A stretch of DNA of 52,354 bases from an uncultured Clostridium sp. (GTDB lineage: Bacteria > Bacillota_I > Bacilli_A > Acholeplasmatales > Anaeroplasmataceae). Each line of letters starts with the position of its first letter. Position 1 is the first letter of the stretch. The stretch is from the NCBI GenBank assembly GCA_964524125.1, contig CAZGBY010000002.1, positions 1 through 52,354 of the forward strand, read 5' to 3'. The notes beneath the pieces are model-generated. The model made no database searches. It was given only the letters and a program-made list of their open reading frames with translations, and was not told the DNA's origin. Shown piece by piece: positions 27,927 through 37,336 of this stretch. Position numbers and translations under genes: made by a program.

Positions 27927-29357
27927 TTATTTATAAATATCAGGTATATCATTTTCTATTAATATTACATCAAATCTATTTATCGCTATACTTAGAGCTT
28001 TATTAACATTTGAAATATATTCTTTTTTAATATCTATTAAATCATATAGAATATTAGAATTATAAGATTTAACAATATATGCATAGTCACACGTATTATT
28101 AATCATATTTGCATAATTTATATATAATTCATTAATTATAGAGTCACATTCTACAAATCCAGGTGTGATTATACATTTAGATTTATTAGTATAACTATTT
28201 AATATATTTATAGCTTTTAATGCTCCATTTATATTAGAATTAAATGAATCATCAATAATTGTAGAATTATTTATATTATATATATTTTGTCTATTTAAAG
28301 GCCTTTTTAAATTATCTATATTATAGATGATTTTATCTATATTTAAATTATAAATAAATCCTAGAATTATACTTGGTAATATATTAGAGATATCTATAAT
28401 ATCTTTATTATTTTGTTTAAACTTAAGTATTAAATTATCATATGCATAAATATATACTTCATCATATTTAATTTCATATCTAAAATCACCATTTTTACCA
28501 TATGTAATGATATAAGCTTTAGTATTTAGTTTAATATTATTTAAATATTCATTATCTATATTAATAATACTTAAATCATTAGTCTTCAAGTTATTAAATA
28601 TAGATATTTTTTCTATTATGATATTATCTATATTTTTAAAACTATTTAGATGCATATGTCCTATTGATGTTAAAATGCATATATTAGGTTTAAAAGTACT
28701 TGTTAATTTTAATATTTCACCTTTATTTGATGTACCAAATTCTAATATTAATTTATCATATAAGTTTAAATTAGAATCATTATTGATTTGTAATGAAATA
28801 CCATTTAAAGTATTATATGATTTTTTAGTAGAAAAAACATTTAATTCATTTAATATTTGACTCATATAATACTTAGTAGATGTTTTACCAAACGAGCCTG
28901 TAATTGCTATTATATCATTATTATAATCATTTAATTTATTTAAAGCTTTCTTATGATATCTATGATTAATATGTTCTTCTATTATATTTAAAATATAATA
29001 ATTTATTATTATTAATACTGGATATAAAATATATAAGTTTGATTTTACTAATAATATATTAAATATTAGATTTGAAAGTATTAATCTTATTATTCTTTTA
29101 GTATATTTAAGTTTGATTCTTAAAGTATATAGTATATAAAGATAGTATATTAAATATAATAAAGTACTTATTATGAACATTATATTATTACTTATTAAAT
29201 ATATTAAAAACATAATAAAATTAAGCATTATTAATGATAAATGTCTTTTAATATATATTAAATATTCTTTTATATTATAATGAGTTTGTTGGTATATAGT
29301 TATATAAAACAATGAAGATATTTGTATTATAGTAAACCATAATATATTATTTAGCAT
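27927..29357 (-). CDS. murF: Mur ligase (MurF-like, UDP-MurNAc-tripeptide--D-Ala-D-Ala ligase) with a hydrophobic roughly 140-aa N-terminus
   Basis: P-loop AITGSFGKTSTK. It is adjacent to ddl. The N-terminal region is made of Leu/Ile/Tyr-rich predicted TM segments instead of the usual soluble domain 1. Confidence 0.7.
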   Translation of the reverse strand: MLNNILWFTIIQISSLFYITIYQQTHYNIKEYLIYIKRHLSLIMLNFIMFLIYLISNNIMFIISTLLYLIYYLYILYTLRIKLKYTKRIIRLILSNLIFNILLVKSNLYILYPVLIIINYYILNIIEEHINHRYHKKALNKLNDYNNDIIAITGSFGKTSTKYYMSQILNELNVFSTKKSYNTLNGISLQINNDSNLNLYDKLILEFGTSNKGEILKLTSTFKPNICILTSIGHMHLNSFKNIDNIIIEKISIFNNLKTNDLSIINIDNEYLNNIKLNTKAYIITYGKNGDFRYEIKYDEVYIYAYDNLILKFKQNNKDIIDISNILPSIILGFIYNLNIDKIIYNIDNLKRPLNRQNIYNINNSTIIDDSFNSNINGALKAINILNSYTNKSKCIITPGFVECDSIINELYINYANMINNTCDYAYIVKSYNSNILYDLIDIKKEYISNVNKALSIAINRFDVILIENDIPDIYK

Positions 29358-30021
29358 ATTCTCTTATCACCGCTTGTGTTTTATTTAAATCATTTAAATA
29401 TGCAAAATGATCTCCATTTAACTTTATTAACATTGAATTACGTATATGTTTTTTTCCATATTTTGCAACACATTTAGGAACTACTTTATCTTTATTTCCA
29501 TAAATTATAAGTACATCAGATTTAATATTATTTAAATTTATATTTTTCATATCTTTAAATATATTTTTCATTATTGATTTTTGAATATCATTAGACATTA
29601 AATAATCAGAAGAAGGTTTGTATATTTTAAATAATTTATAGAATTTTAATTTGTTTTTAGTAAATATACTCCTATAGTCATAAATAGGTGTAGATATTAA
29701 TACTATTTTATAATTATAAAGTTCTGCTAATTTTAAAGCTATTCTACCTCCAAATGAGAAACCTATTATTATAGGATTTTGTATATTGTTTTCTAATATA
29801 AACTTATATATCATATTAGATACTTCTTCTAAAGTATAAGACTTATCTATATAAGACATACCAAAACCTGGTATATCAAGTAAGTATGATGTATATTCAT
29901 CTTTTAAACAATTTGCAAGTGGAAGTAAACTTAAATTGTTACCTAACCATCCATGTAACATAATTAAATTCTTATCTTGATTACCTACTTTTTTAAAATA
30001 TATATTATTCAAATTTAACAC
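29347..30021 (-). CDS. Alpha/beta-fold hydrolase
   Basis: HGW oxyanion region and nucleophile elbow GFSFGG, with Asp/His candidates near the C-terminus (GNKDKVV, GDHF). The start is uncertain: GTG 30021, or TTG 30012 behind TAGGTG. Its 3' end overlaps the murF start by 11 nt. Confidence 0.7.
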   Translation of the reverse strand: MLNLNNIYFKKVGNQDKNLIMLHGWLGNNLSLLPLANCLKDEYTSYLLDIPGFGMSYIDKSYTLEEVSNMIYKFILENNIQNPIIIGFSFGGRIALKLAELYNYKIVLISTPIYDYRSIFTKNKLKFYKLFKIYKPSSDYLMSNDIQKSIMKNIFKDMKNINLNNIKSDVLIIYGNKDKVVPKCVAKYGKKHIRNSMLIKLNGDHFAYLNDLNKTQAVIREYAK

Positions 30022-30063
30022 CTATTATTAATATATGAATTAGTTTTTAATTATTACATTATT

Positions 30064-30103
30064 AAAAAGAAAAACTGTAATCTTAAATATAATAAGATTA
30101 CAG
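30064..30103 (-). terminator. mscL terminator
   Basis: Perfect 11-bp stem CTGTAATCTTA (30075-30085) / TAAGATTACAG (30093-30103). The forward A-rich run at 30064-30074 is a T-run on the minus strand. Confidence 0.7.
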
Positions 30104-30128
30104 CAGTAATTCATTTATTGTATATCCG

Positions 30129-30692
30129 TTACTCTTTTGAATCCTTATTTAAAGAATCTCTTATTTCTTCAAGTAAGGAAATAATTGGATCTTTAGGTTG
30201 TGGTTTATTTTCTTCTTCTTTTTTCTTAGCTTGTTCTTCTTCCTTTTTTATTAAATAAGCCTTTTCTTTTTTGGATAATTTAATATTCTTAGACTTTTTA
30301 AATTCAATTCTTTTTTCTATGTTAGATGTTTGTTCTTTTATGTTATTAAATGTTCTAATAATTAAGAAAAGTACAATAGCTACTAAAAAGAAATTTATTA
30401 CAGAACTTATAAATGCACCCCAGTCTATTAAAATAGAATTATTTAAATCTAAAACTTGTACTCCATCTTCATATGTATATACTTTAACAAGTACTGTATA
30501 CATTTTACCTAAAGCATCACTATCTCCGCCGAAACAATAATATAAAATCATATTAATGATTGGTTTTAAAATACCATTTGATAGTGCAGTTACTATAGCT
30601 GTAAAGGCAGCACCTATAATAGTACCTACAGCCATATCCATTACATTTCCACGTGATACAAACTTTTTAAATTCTTCAAAAATTTTTTTCAT
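30129..30692 (-). CDS. mscL: Large-conductance mechanosensitive channel with an extended loop and a Lys/Glu-rich C-terminal tail
   Basis: EFKKFVSRGNVMDMAVGTIIGAAFTAIV is the MscL TM1 signature. ATG 30692 sits behind GTGAGGTG; the track start is a GTG. Confidence 0.88.
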   Translation of the reverse strand: MKKIFEEFKKFVSRGNVMDMAVGTIIGAAFTAIVTALSNGILKPIINMILYYCFGGDSDALGKMYTVLVKVYTYEDGVQVLDLNNSILIDWGAFISSVINFFLVAIVLFLIIRTFNNIKEQTSNIEKRIEFKKSKNIKLSKKEKAYLIKKEEEQAKKKEEENKPQPKDPIISLLEEIRDSLNKDSKE

Positions 30693-30870
30693 ATTAATAC
30701 ACCTCACTACTTATTAATATTTTAGCATATAATTATATTATCATAAATATTTACAAATTAAAAAATTATACATTATTCTTAATTCTTATTTTATCTTTCT
30801 TATTTATTATTTTAAAAATCAATATAATTTCTAAATTTTTAACTTCTTTAATTGCTAGAAATAAAAAGTT

Positions 30871-32229
30871 TTATAAGAAACTTGCCATATAATATGGAAG
30901 ATATATTATTTCGTCTTCTCTTTTAATATCTCCATCATGAAGTACGTATTGAAGACCTATCTTACATGAAAAAGTAGATTTGAATTTTTTTAATGATACA
31001 ATAGAATCAGAAGATGAAGACTTAACCTCGATTGGAATTACTTTATTATTTCTCCTAATTAAAAAGTCAATTTCCATTATAGTTTTCTTTTTTTCTTTAT
31101 CAATTTTTTTATAGTAGTAAATTATGTCGCCTTTACTTCTTAGCGCTTGCGCTGTTATATTTTCAACTATCATACCTTCATTAATATGGAGTTTATCAAA
31201 TAGAATTGCTCTATATAATTCATTTTCTAAATAATCTTGATTTTTATACGCTAGTGAAACTAACAAACCCGTGTCCATCATATAACATTTAAAAGAAGGA
31301 TTAATTGTTGACAAATTAAACGCTGCACTAGGGTCATTAACATTTTCTGCAATATTTATAATCATCGCTTCATTTAACCAATTTAATGGGCCTTTATATT
31401 CTCTTAATCTAGCATTAGAATCCAGATGCAATAGGTTATATTTTTTATCGTGCTTAGACAATTCAGAAGGTATGTGCCAAAACAAATTCTTAACATATGT
31501 AGGATTTTCCTCTTGTTGATTATCCATATCATTTTCATATAACTTTAATATATTTTGATTTATAAAATCAGTTTCCCCAAAATCTTTTGTATTAATATAA
31601 GCATCAACTGCTTGAGGCATTCCGCCAACCAACATATATTCACGATAAGAATACATCAGTGATTTATGCAAATCTCCAAAAGGTTTAAGTTTTTCAAAAT
31701 GAGTTTTCATTATACTATAAGAGAATTCATCACCTTTAGCTAATAGAAATTCCTCGAAATCCATTGGAAGTACATCGATTGAATATTCTTCTGAAGGGAT
31801 TAGAATATTCTTAGATTTTTTCGTGATAGAAGCTAATGATCCAGTTTCAATATAATCAAAACGCTTATCTTCTAATAATGTTTTTAAAGCTTGTCGTGCT
31901 TATGGAAATAACTGTACCTCATCTAAAATAATTAAAGATTCTCGAGGATATAATTTCTTTTTATAAAAGAATTGCAGTTTTATAAAAAAAGAATCTAGGT
32001 CCTCTAACGAATTAATAAATAAATCTTTTATTTCATGAGGAACCGTGTCAAATCTTATTTCAATAAAGCTTTTATATTCTTCTCTTGCCAATTTATTTGC
32101 AAGAGTTGATTTACCAACACGACGAGGACCCCTTAAAAATAGAGCATAATTCGGAGCATACTTTTCTTTCCATTGTAGCATCTTATCATAAACTTTTCGT
32201 TTAAATTCTATTTTTTTTGTCTCAAACAT
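30871..32229 (-). pseudogene. AAA ATPase with a C-terminal DUF4143 / PD-(D/E)xK-like domain (COG1373 type), interrupted by one in-frame TAA
   Basis: Walker A GPRRVGKSTLA and Walker B LIILDEVQLFP, immediately followed by a TAA at 31900-31902. The same frame then continues ARQALKTLLEDKRFDYIETGS... into the 297-aa ORF. The C-terminus EIDFLIRRNNKVIPIEVKSS is nuclease-fold-like. Confidence 0.8.
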
Positions 32230-32280
32230 GAAATCACCTTCTAAAAAATTTTATAATAATTCATATCTAAATTCATTTTA

Positions 32281-32360
32281 TCACGTTTGCGCCATTGTTT
32301 TTTGCCTTGATTTTCACGTTTGCGCCACTATTTTTAACCCATTTTATCACGTTTGCGCCA
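32281..32360 (-). repeat. Three direct repeats of TCACGTTTGCGCCA with exactly 33-bp periodicity in the ATPase promoter region
   Basis: Copies lie at 32281-32294, 32314-32327 and 32347-32360. Copies 1 and 3 share 23 identical nt. The minus strand reads TGGCGCAAACGTGATAAAATG, which contains an extended -10-like TGATAAAAT. Confidence 0.9.
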
Positions 32361-32406
32361 TTTTAGATGTTGTTATTTATATATTTTTATAACAATCTAT
32401 AAAATT

Positions 32407-32436
32407 TAAAAAGTACTAAGAAATTAATCTTAGTAC
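32407..32436 (-). terminator. Rubrerythrin terminator
   Basis: Perfect 9-bp stem GTACTAAGA (32413-32421) / TCTTAGTAC (32428-32436), then TTTTT on the minus strand. Confidence 0.65.
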
Positions 32437-32444
32437 CATATATT

Positions 32445-32981
32445 TTAATAATTATTAGCGTCTACTTCAAAATAGCTTTGAGCATGATTACATACAGGAC
32501 AAATAGCAGGTGCTTTCTTACCAATTACTAAATGACCACAATTTCTACATCTCCACATAACTTCTTCAGACTTTTCAAATACTTGTTGCATCTCAACATT
32601 TGATAAAAGTTTTAAATAACGTTCTTCATGAGCTTTTTCAATTTTACCAACAGCTCTAAACTTCCATGCTAAATCCTTGAAACCTTCTTCTTCAGCTGTT
32701 TTTGCAAATTCATCATACATATCAGTCCATTCATAGTTTTCACCAGCTGCGGCCGCATGTAAATTAGCTTTTGTATCTCCAATTCCACCAAGTTCTTTAA
32801 ACCACATCTTAGCATGTTCTTTTTCATTTAAAGCAGTTTCTTCAAAGATAGCTGCGATTTGTTCATAGCCTTCTTTTCTTGCTACTGAAGCGAAATAAGT
32901 ATATTTATTTCTTGCTTGTGATTCACCTGCAAAAGCGGCTTCTAGATTTTTTTCTGTTTGAGTTCCTTCGTATCTTGACAT
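32445..32981 (-). CDS. rbr: Rubrerythrin
   Basis: The ferritin-like diiron domain has two ExxH motifs ([16 protein letters not shown]). The C-terminal rubredoxin motifs are CRNCGH...CPVCNH. Confidence 0.93.
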   Translation of the reverse strand: MSRYEGTQTEKNLEAAFAGESQARNKYTYFASVARKEGYEQIAAIFEETALNEKEHAKMWFKELGGIGDTKANLHAAAAGENYEWTDMYDEFAKTAEEEGFKDLAWKFRAVGKIEKAHEERYLKLLSNVEMQQVFEKSEEVMWRCRNCGHLVIGKKAPAICPVCNHAQSYFEVDANNY

Positions 32982-32982
32982 T

Positions 32983-33357
32983 TTAATAATCTCCTTTATC
33001 TTTTATGTTTTTGCAATTATTACATTTTTTAGAAATGGTTAATTGATATGATATAAATTCATTCAAATCCTTAGTTAATATTTGAGTTATTAAAGATGAA
33101 TTATAATCATCAATTTTACCACAACACGGACATATTATATGACCATGAGGGTTCCATGATTTATCATAAAAATCAGTACCATCATTTGTAAACTTTCTTA
33201 TTTCTTTTTCATCATTTAATACTGATAAATTACGATAAACAGTACCTAAAGATATATTAGGCATTTCCTTTCTAGCTAATGTAAATATTTCTTCGGCAGT
33301 TAAGTGTAGCATAGATTCTTTTATTATTTTATTTATTAAATCTTTTTGCTTACTCAT
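32983..33357 (-). CDS. perR: Fur-family peroxide-responsive repressor (PerR-like)
   Basis: LGTVYRNL in the [17 protein letters not shown], and a second CNNC pair. It lies directly upstream of rubrerythrin. Confidence 0.8.
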   Translation of the reverse strand: MSKQKDLINKIIKESMLHLTAEEIFTLARKEMPNISLGTVYRNLSVLNDEKEIRKFTNDGTDFYDKSWNPHGHIICPCCGKIDDYNSSLITQILTKDLNEFISYQLTISKKCNNCKNIKDKGDY

Positions 33358-33369
33358 GTTACCTCCAAA

Positions 33370-33386
33370 ATAGGAATGATTCCTAT
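33370..33386. promoter_or_regulatory. Perfect 8-1-8 palindrome, a candidate Fur/PerR-type operator
   Basis: ATAGGAAT-G-ATTCCTAT lies between the predicted -10 and the perR RBS. Its 7-1-7 core TAGGAATNATTCCTA has the same architecture as the PerR/Fur box TTATAATNATTATAA. Confidence 0.55.
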
Positions 33387-33396
33387 TACTACTTTA

Positions 33397-33425
33397 ATTT
33401 TACAACTTTAAATTCTATTTGTCAA
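33397..33425 (-). promoter_or_regulatory. Sigma-A promoter of the perR-rbr operon
   Basis: The minus strand reads TTGACA (33420-33425), exactly 17 nt, then TAAAAT (33397-33402). Confidence 0.65.
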
Positions 33426-33573
33426 TAACATTTTATATATTTATTATTTACAATTATTAGTAAATTATTCATTAATATATATTAACAAACAATTTTATCT
33501 ATCATTTGAAGGAAGAGTTATTTTGAATAATAAGATAAATCTTCTCTTTGGATTATAAATCTTTCTGCTTCTT

Positions 33574-34173
33574 CTATAACTTGAGTGAAATTAATCGTTT
33601 CAAATATCTTAAAAAAGTATTAATGGTATTACAATGATATAATGGCCCTACTGTAAATAATTCTTCTTTATTTAATGTTTCTAGACAATCTTCATCTATT
33701 CTTAAGTCATTAAATAATAAGTATTCTAAATCTTTGAAACTTCTAACACTATACTTACTATATAAAATATCAAGTAACGCTTTTTCTTTACTTGCTATTT
33801 TATATCTAATTCCATCTTCATTTTTTAAATAATCAACCAAATAAGGATATGATGCATCTGGTATACTTCTATATTCAAATACATAACCATTACTTGAAAA
33901 CTTCTTATAATTTTTCTTTTTAAAACATGCACAAGTAAACATAGATACTAATTCGGGTATCATTCCATAATAAGAAAGTGCATATTCAAATGATATGTAT
34001 GAAGGTTCACAACACAAATTCGCAATTATTGGTGCGTCTTTATCGATATTTGTACTATATAATCCTCTTTTAATTCTATATAATTTCCCCTTTTTACATT
34101 CTAATGATACTTTTTGATTTAAATTAGAAACATTTTTATAAATATTATTTAAGGCTATCATATTATAAATCAT
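33574..34173 (-). CDS. AbiEi-like (type IV toxin-antitoxin antitoxin / transcriptional regulator) domain protein, with no partner gene
   Basis: KGKLYRIKRGLYS and PSYISFEYALSYYGMIPE match the RGxY ... YISxxSAL..hG.ip pattern of AbiEi-type proteins, as I recall it. ATG 34173 sits behind GGTGGTGA; the track start is 27 codons upstream. Confidence 0.5.
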   Translation of the reverse strand: MIYNMIALNNIYKNVSNLNQKVSLECKKGKLYRIKRGLYSTNIDKDAPIIANLCCEPSYISFEYALSYYGMIPELVSMFTCACFKKKNYKKFSSNGYVFEYRSIPDASYPYLVDYLKNEDGIRYKIASKEKALLDILYSKYSVRSFKDLEYLLFNDLRIDEDCLETLNKEELFTVGPLYHCNTINTFLRYLKRLISLKL

Positions 34174-34276
34174 TGTTAATTCACCACCGTTAATATTATT
34201 ATATAATTTTTTTTTGTAGCAAATCAACAAGGTATATAGAAAAAGATAAATCAATATCGACTTATCTTTTAGTATT

Positions 34277-35677
34277 TTAACCTATTGAATTTTCCATATT
34301 TAAATTAATCAATCTATTTAATTCGACTGCATATTCCATAGGAAGTTCTTTAGCAAAAGGTTCAATAAATCCCATTACAATCATTTTAGTAGCTTCTTCT
34401 TCAGAAAGACCTCTACTCATCAAATAAAATAATTGTTCTTCATTTACTTTAGATACAGATGCTTCATGTTCAATATACATTTCATCGTTTCTACCTTCGT
34501 TTAATGGAATTGTATCTGAAGATGATATATCATCTAAAATTAGGGTATCACATTCAACATGACTTCTTGCACCTTTAGCACCTTCTAAAGCTCTTACCAT
34601 ACCTCTGTAATTAACTTTACCTCCACCACGTGAAATTGATTTAGATATAATTGTAGATGTAGTATTTTCACCTATATGAATCATCTTAGCACCAGTATCT
34701 TGGAATTGATCTTTTGATGCAAACGCTACTGTAATACAAGTACCTTTAGCTCTTGCACCTTTTAATATACATGCAGGATATTTCATATTAATACCAGACC
34801 CAACATTTCCATCTATCCATTCCATTGTACCATCTTCTTCAACTAAAGTTCTTTTAGTTACCAAGTTTACAATATTATTAGACCAGTTTTGTACAGTTGA
34901 ATATCTACAATATCCACCTTTTTTTACATATATTTCAACTACAGCTGCGTGAAGTGAATCTTTAGAATATTGAGGAGCTGTGCATCCTTCTACATAATGA
35001 ATAGACGCTCCTTCATCTACAATAATAAGTGTTCTTTCAAATTGTCCCATTCTTTCACTATTTATTCTAAAATATGATTGAACAGGCTTTTGAAGTTTAA
35101 CCCCTTTTGGTACATATATAAATGAACCACCACTCCATACAGCACTATTAAGCGCTGCATATTTATTATCAGAAGGTGGTACAATCTTACCAAAATATTC
35201 CTTTAAAAGATCTGGATATTCCTTAAGGGCTGTATCTGTATCTGTAAATATAACACCTAAATCATCTAATTCTTTTAAATTATTATGATATACTACCTCA
35301 GACTCAAATTGAGTAGACGCACCAGCTAAGAATTCTCTTTCTGCTTCTGGAATTCCTAATTTCTCAAAAGTTTCTTTTATTTCTTCTGGCACTTCTTCCC
35401 AAGTATGTCCTTGACGTTCTGTAGATTTTATATAATATGTATAATCATCAAAGTTTATACTAGATAAATCAGGCCCCCATTTAGGATTTTCTTGATTTTT
35501 AAAAGATTCATAACTTTTAAGTCTAAATTCTTTCATCCAATCAGGTTCACCTTTAGCCTTAGATATAAACTCTACAACTTCTTTATTTAATCCTTTACCT
35601 GAATCAAGTACACTTTTAGTATTTGTTACAAAGCCATATTTATAATCTTCAGAAATTAATTCTTCATTATTTTTCAA
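34277..35677 (-). CDS. sufB: Fe-S cluster assembly scaffold protein SufB
   Basis: Full-length SufB pattern ([28 protein letters not shown]) at the last position of sufCDSUB. Confidence 0.93.
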   Translation of the reverse strand: MKNNEELISEDYKYGFVTNTKSVLDSGKGLNKEVVEFISKAKGEPDWMKEFRLKSYESFKNQENPKWGPDLSSINFDDYTYYIKSTERQGHTWEEVPEEIKETFEKLGIPEAEREFLAGASTQFESEVVYHNNLKELDDLGVIFTDTDTALKEYPDLLKEYFGKIVPPSDNKYAALNSAVWSGGSFIYVPKGVKLQKPVQSYFRINSERMGQFERTLIIVDEGASIHYVEGCTAPQYSKDSLHAAVVEIYVKKGGYCRYSTVQNWSNNIVNLVTKRTLVEEDGTMEWIDGNVGSGINMKYPACILKGARAKGTCITVAFASKDQFQDTGAKMIHIGENTTSTIISKSISRGGGKVNYRGMVRALEGAKGARSHVECDTLILDDISSSDTIPLNEGRNDEMYIEHEASVSKVNEEQLFYLMSRGLSEEEATKMIVMGFIEPFAKELPMEYAVELNRLINLNMENSIG

Positions 35678-36110
35678 GGCCTTCAGCCTCCTTTAAAGCT
35701 TGCTCTAAAGCTTTCCATGCAAGTGTTGCACATTTAATTCTTGCAGGAAATTGACTAACTCCACTATAAGCTATAGCTTCACCTAATTCTTCCTCATATT
35801 TAACATCATTACCTTTAACAAGCTCAAAAAAATCATTAATAACTTCTAATGCCTTAGAAACTTCCATTCCTTTTAGACAATCTGACATTACCGAAGCGGA
35901 AGACATTGAAATAGAACAACCTCTACCATCTTGTCTTACATCTTTAATAACACCATCTTCAATTTTAACTTCAACGTTAATATCGTCCCCACAAGAAGGA
36001 TTTTTAAAGTGAACAAATTTATAATTAGGATCTTTAGTTAAACCTTTATTTTTAGGATTTTTAGCATGATCCATTATTACAGCTCGATATAATTCTTGAA
36101 TATTAGACAT
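35667..36110 (-). CDS. sufU: Zinc-dependent sulfurtransferase SufU
   Basis: [17 protein letters not shown] and a C-terminal conserved Cys (IKCATLAW). Confidence 0.9.
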   Translation of the reverse strand: MSNIQELYRAVIMDHAKNPKNKGLTKDPNYKFVHFKNPSCGDDINVEVKIEDGVIKDVRQDGRGCSISMSSASVMSDCLKGMEVSKALEVINDFFELVKGNDVKYEEELGEAIAYSGVSQFPARIKCATLAWKALEQALKEAEGLEK

Positions 36111-36119
36111 AATTCCTCC

Positions 36120-37325
36120 TTAGAAGCTTTTAAAAAAATCACTTGCTTCTTTAACACTATCTACAAATTTATAAACATCATCTAATGTATTATATAAATA
36201 AAATGATGCACGAGTTGTAGATATTTGACCTAAAAAGTTAGTAATCAGCTGTGCACAATGATGACCAGCTCTTATACATACATTATTTTTATCATAAATA
36301 CTAGCTGCATCATGAGGATGAACTCCTTTAATATTAAACGCTATAACACCAGTATCTGTATTTTTATTATATATTTCTACATCTTCAATTTCACTTAAAA
36401 GTTCTATAGCCTTGCGAGCCAACATATTTTCATATGATGAAATTTCATCAAGGCCGATTTCTTCAAGCATTAAACACGCTTCACCTAAACCTATAGCCTC
36501 AGCTATTAAAGGAGTTCCCACTTCAAACTTATAAGGTGAATCTTTATAAGTTTGGCTTTCTTTATCAACTAAATCAGCCATATCTCCACCAAATTCAATT
36601 GGCTCCATTTTATCAAGTAGACTCTTTTTTCCATATAAAACACCAATTCCAGAAGGTCCTAACATTTTATGACCTGAAAAAGATAAGAAATCACAATCAA
36701 GTTCTTTGACATCTATTTTCATATGAGGAACAGCTTGTGCCGCATCTACACTTACAACAATCCCTCTTTCGTGACATATTTTAATAATTTCTTTAAGAGG
36801 TGTAATGTAGCCCATTACATTAGATACATAAGTCAGTGCTACAACCTTAGTTTTATCAGTTAAGACACTCAAAAAATTTTCAACAGTGATTCTACCTTCA
36901 TCTGTAAGAGGTATATATTTAAGTTTAGCACCTTTTACCTTACAAACATTAAACCACGGCATATGTGATGAATGATGTTCAAGTTCAGATGTAACAACTT
37001 CATCTTCTTCATTAATGTTTGCCATACCATATGAAAGTGCGACTAAATTAAGTGCAGATGAAGCACCTCTTGTAAAGACAACCTCTTCAAAATCAGCATT
37101 TATAAATTTAGCTACTATATTTCTTGCGTTTTCATATAAATCTGTCGCTTCAAAAGACATTTGATAAACACCACGATGAACATTACAGCTTAAATTATTA
37201 TAATAATAATCCATCTTATCAATTACTCTTTTAGGTTTCAAGCTAGAAGCTGCACTATCTAAGTAACACAGATCTTTATGAGTATTAAATTGAGGGAACT
37301 CATTTTTTATTTTTGTAATGTTCAT
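36120..37325 (-). CDS. sufS: Cysteine desulfurase SufS
   Basis: PLP lysine context SFSGHKM and catalytic Cys context RAGHHCAQ. ATG 37325 sits behind AAGGGTGA. Confidence 0.92.
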   Translation of the reverse strand: MNITKIKNEFPQFNTHKDLCYLDSAASSLKPKRVIDKMDYYYNNLSCNVHRGVYQMSFEATDLYENARNIVAKFINADFEEVVFTRGASSALNLVALSYGMANINEEDEVVTSELEHHSSHMPWFNVCKVKGAKLKYIPLTDEGRITVENFLSVLTDKTKVVALTYVSNVMGYITPLKEIIKICHERGIVVSVDAAQAVPHMKIDVKELDCDFLSFSGHKMLGPSGIGVLYGKKSLLDKMEPIEFGGDMADLVDKESQTYKDSPYKFEVGTPLIAEAIGLGEACLMLEEIGLDEISSYENMLARKAIELLSEIEDVEIYNKNTDTGVIAFNIKGVHPHDAASIYDKNNVCIRAGHHCAQLITNFLGQISTTRASFYLYNTLDDVYKFVDSVKEASDFFKSF

Positions 37326-37336
37326 AATTATCACCC

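Noticed and set aside
32281-32360. The possibility that the 33-bp-phased repeats are a small CRISPR array
   Set aside because: There are only three copies of a 14-23-bp repeat with 10-19-bp partly similar spacers, no cas genes and no leader. The geometry fits an operator or promoter array, not CRISPR.
33430-33573. A possible remnant of an AbiEii toxin gene downstream of the AbiEi-like gene
   Set aside because: The only readable frames are about 20-28 codons (for example IEEAERFIIQREDLSYYSK), with no nucleotidyltransferase motif I can recognise. I cannot support a pseudogene call without a TBLASTN search.
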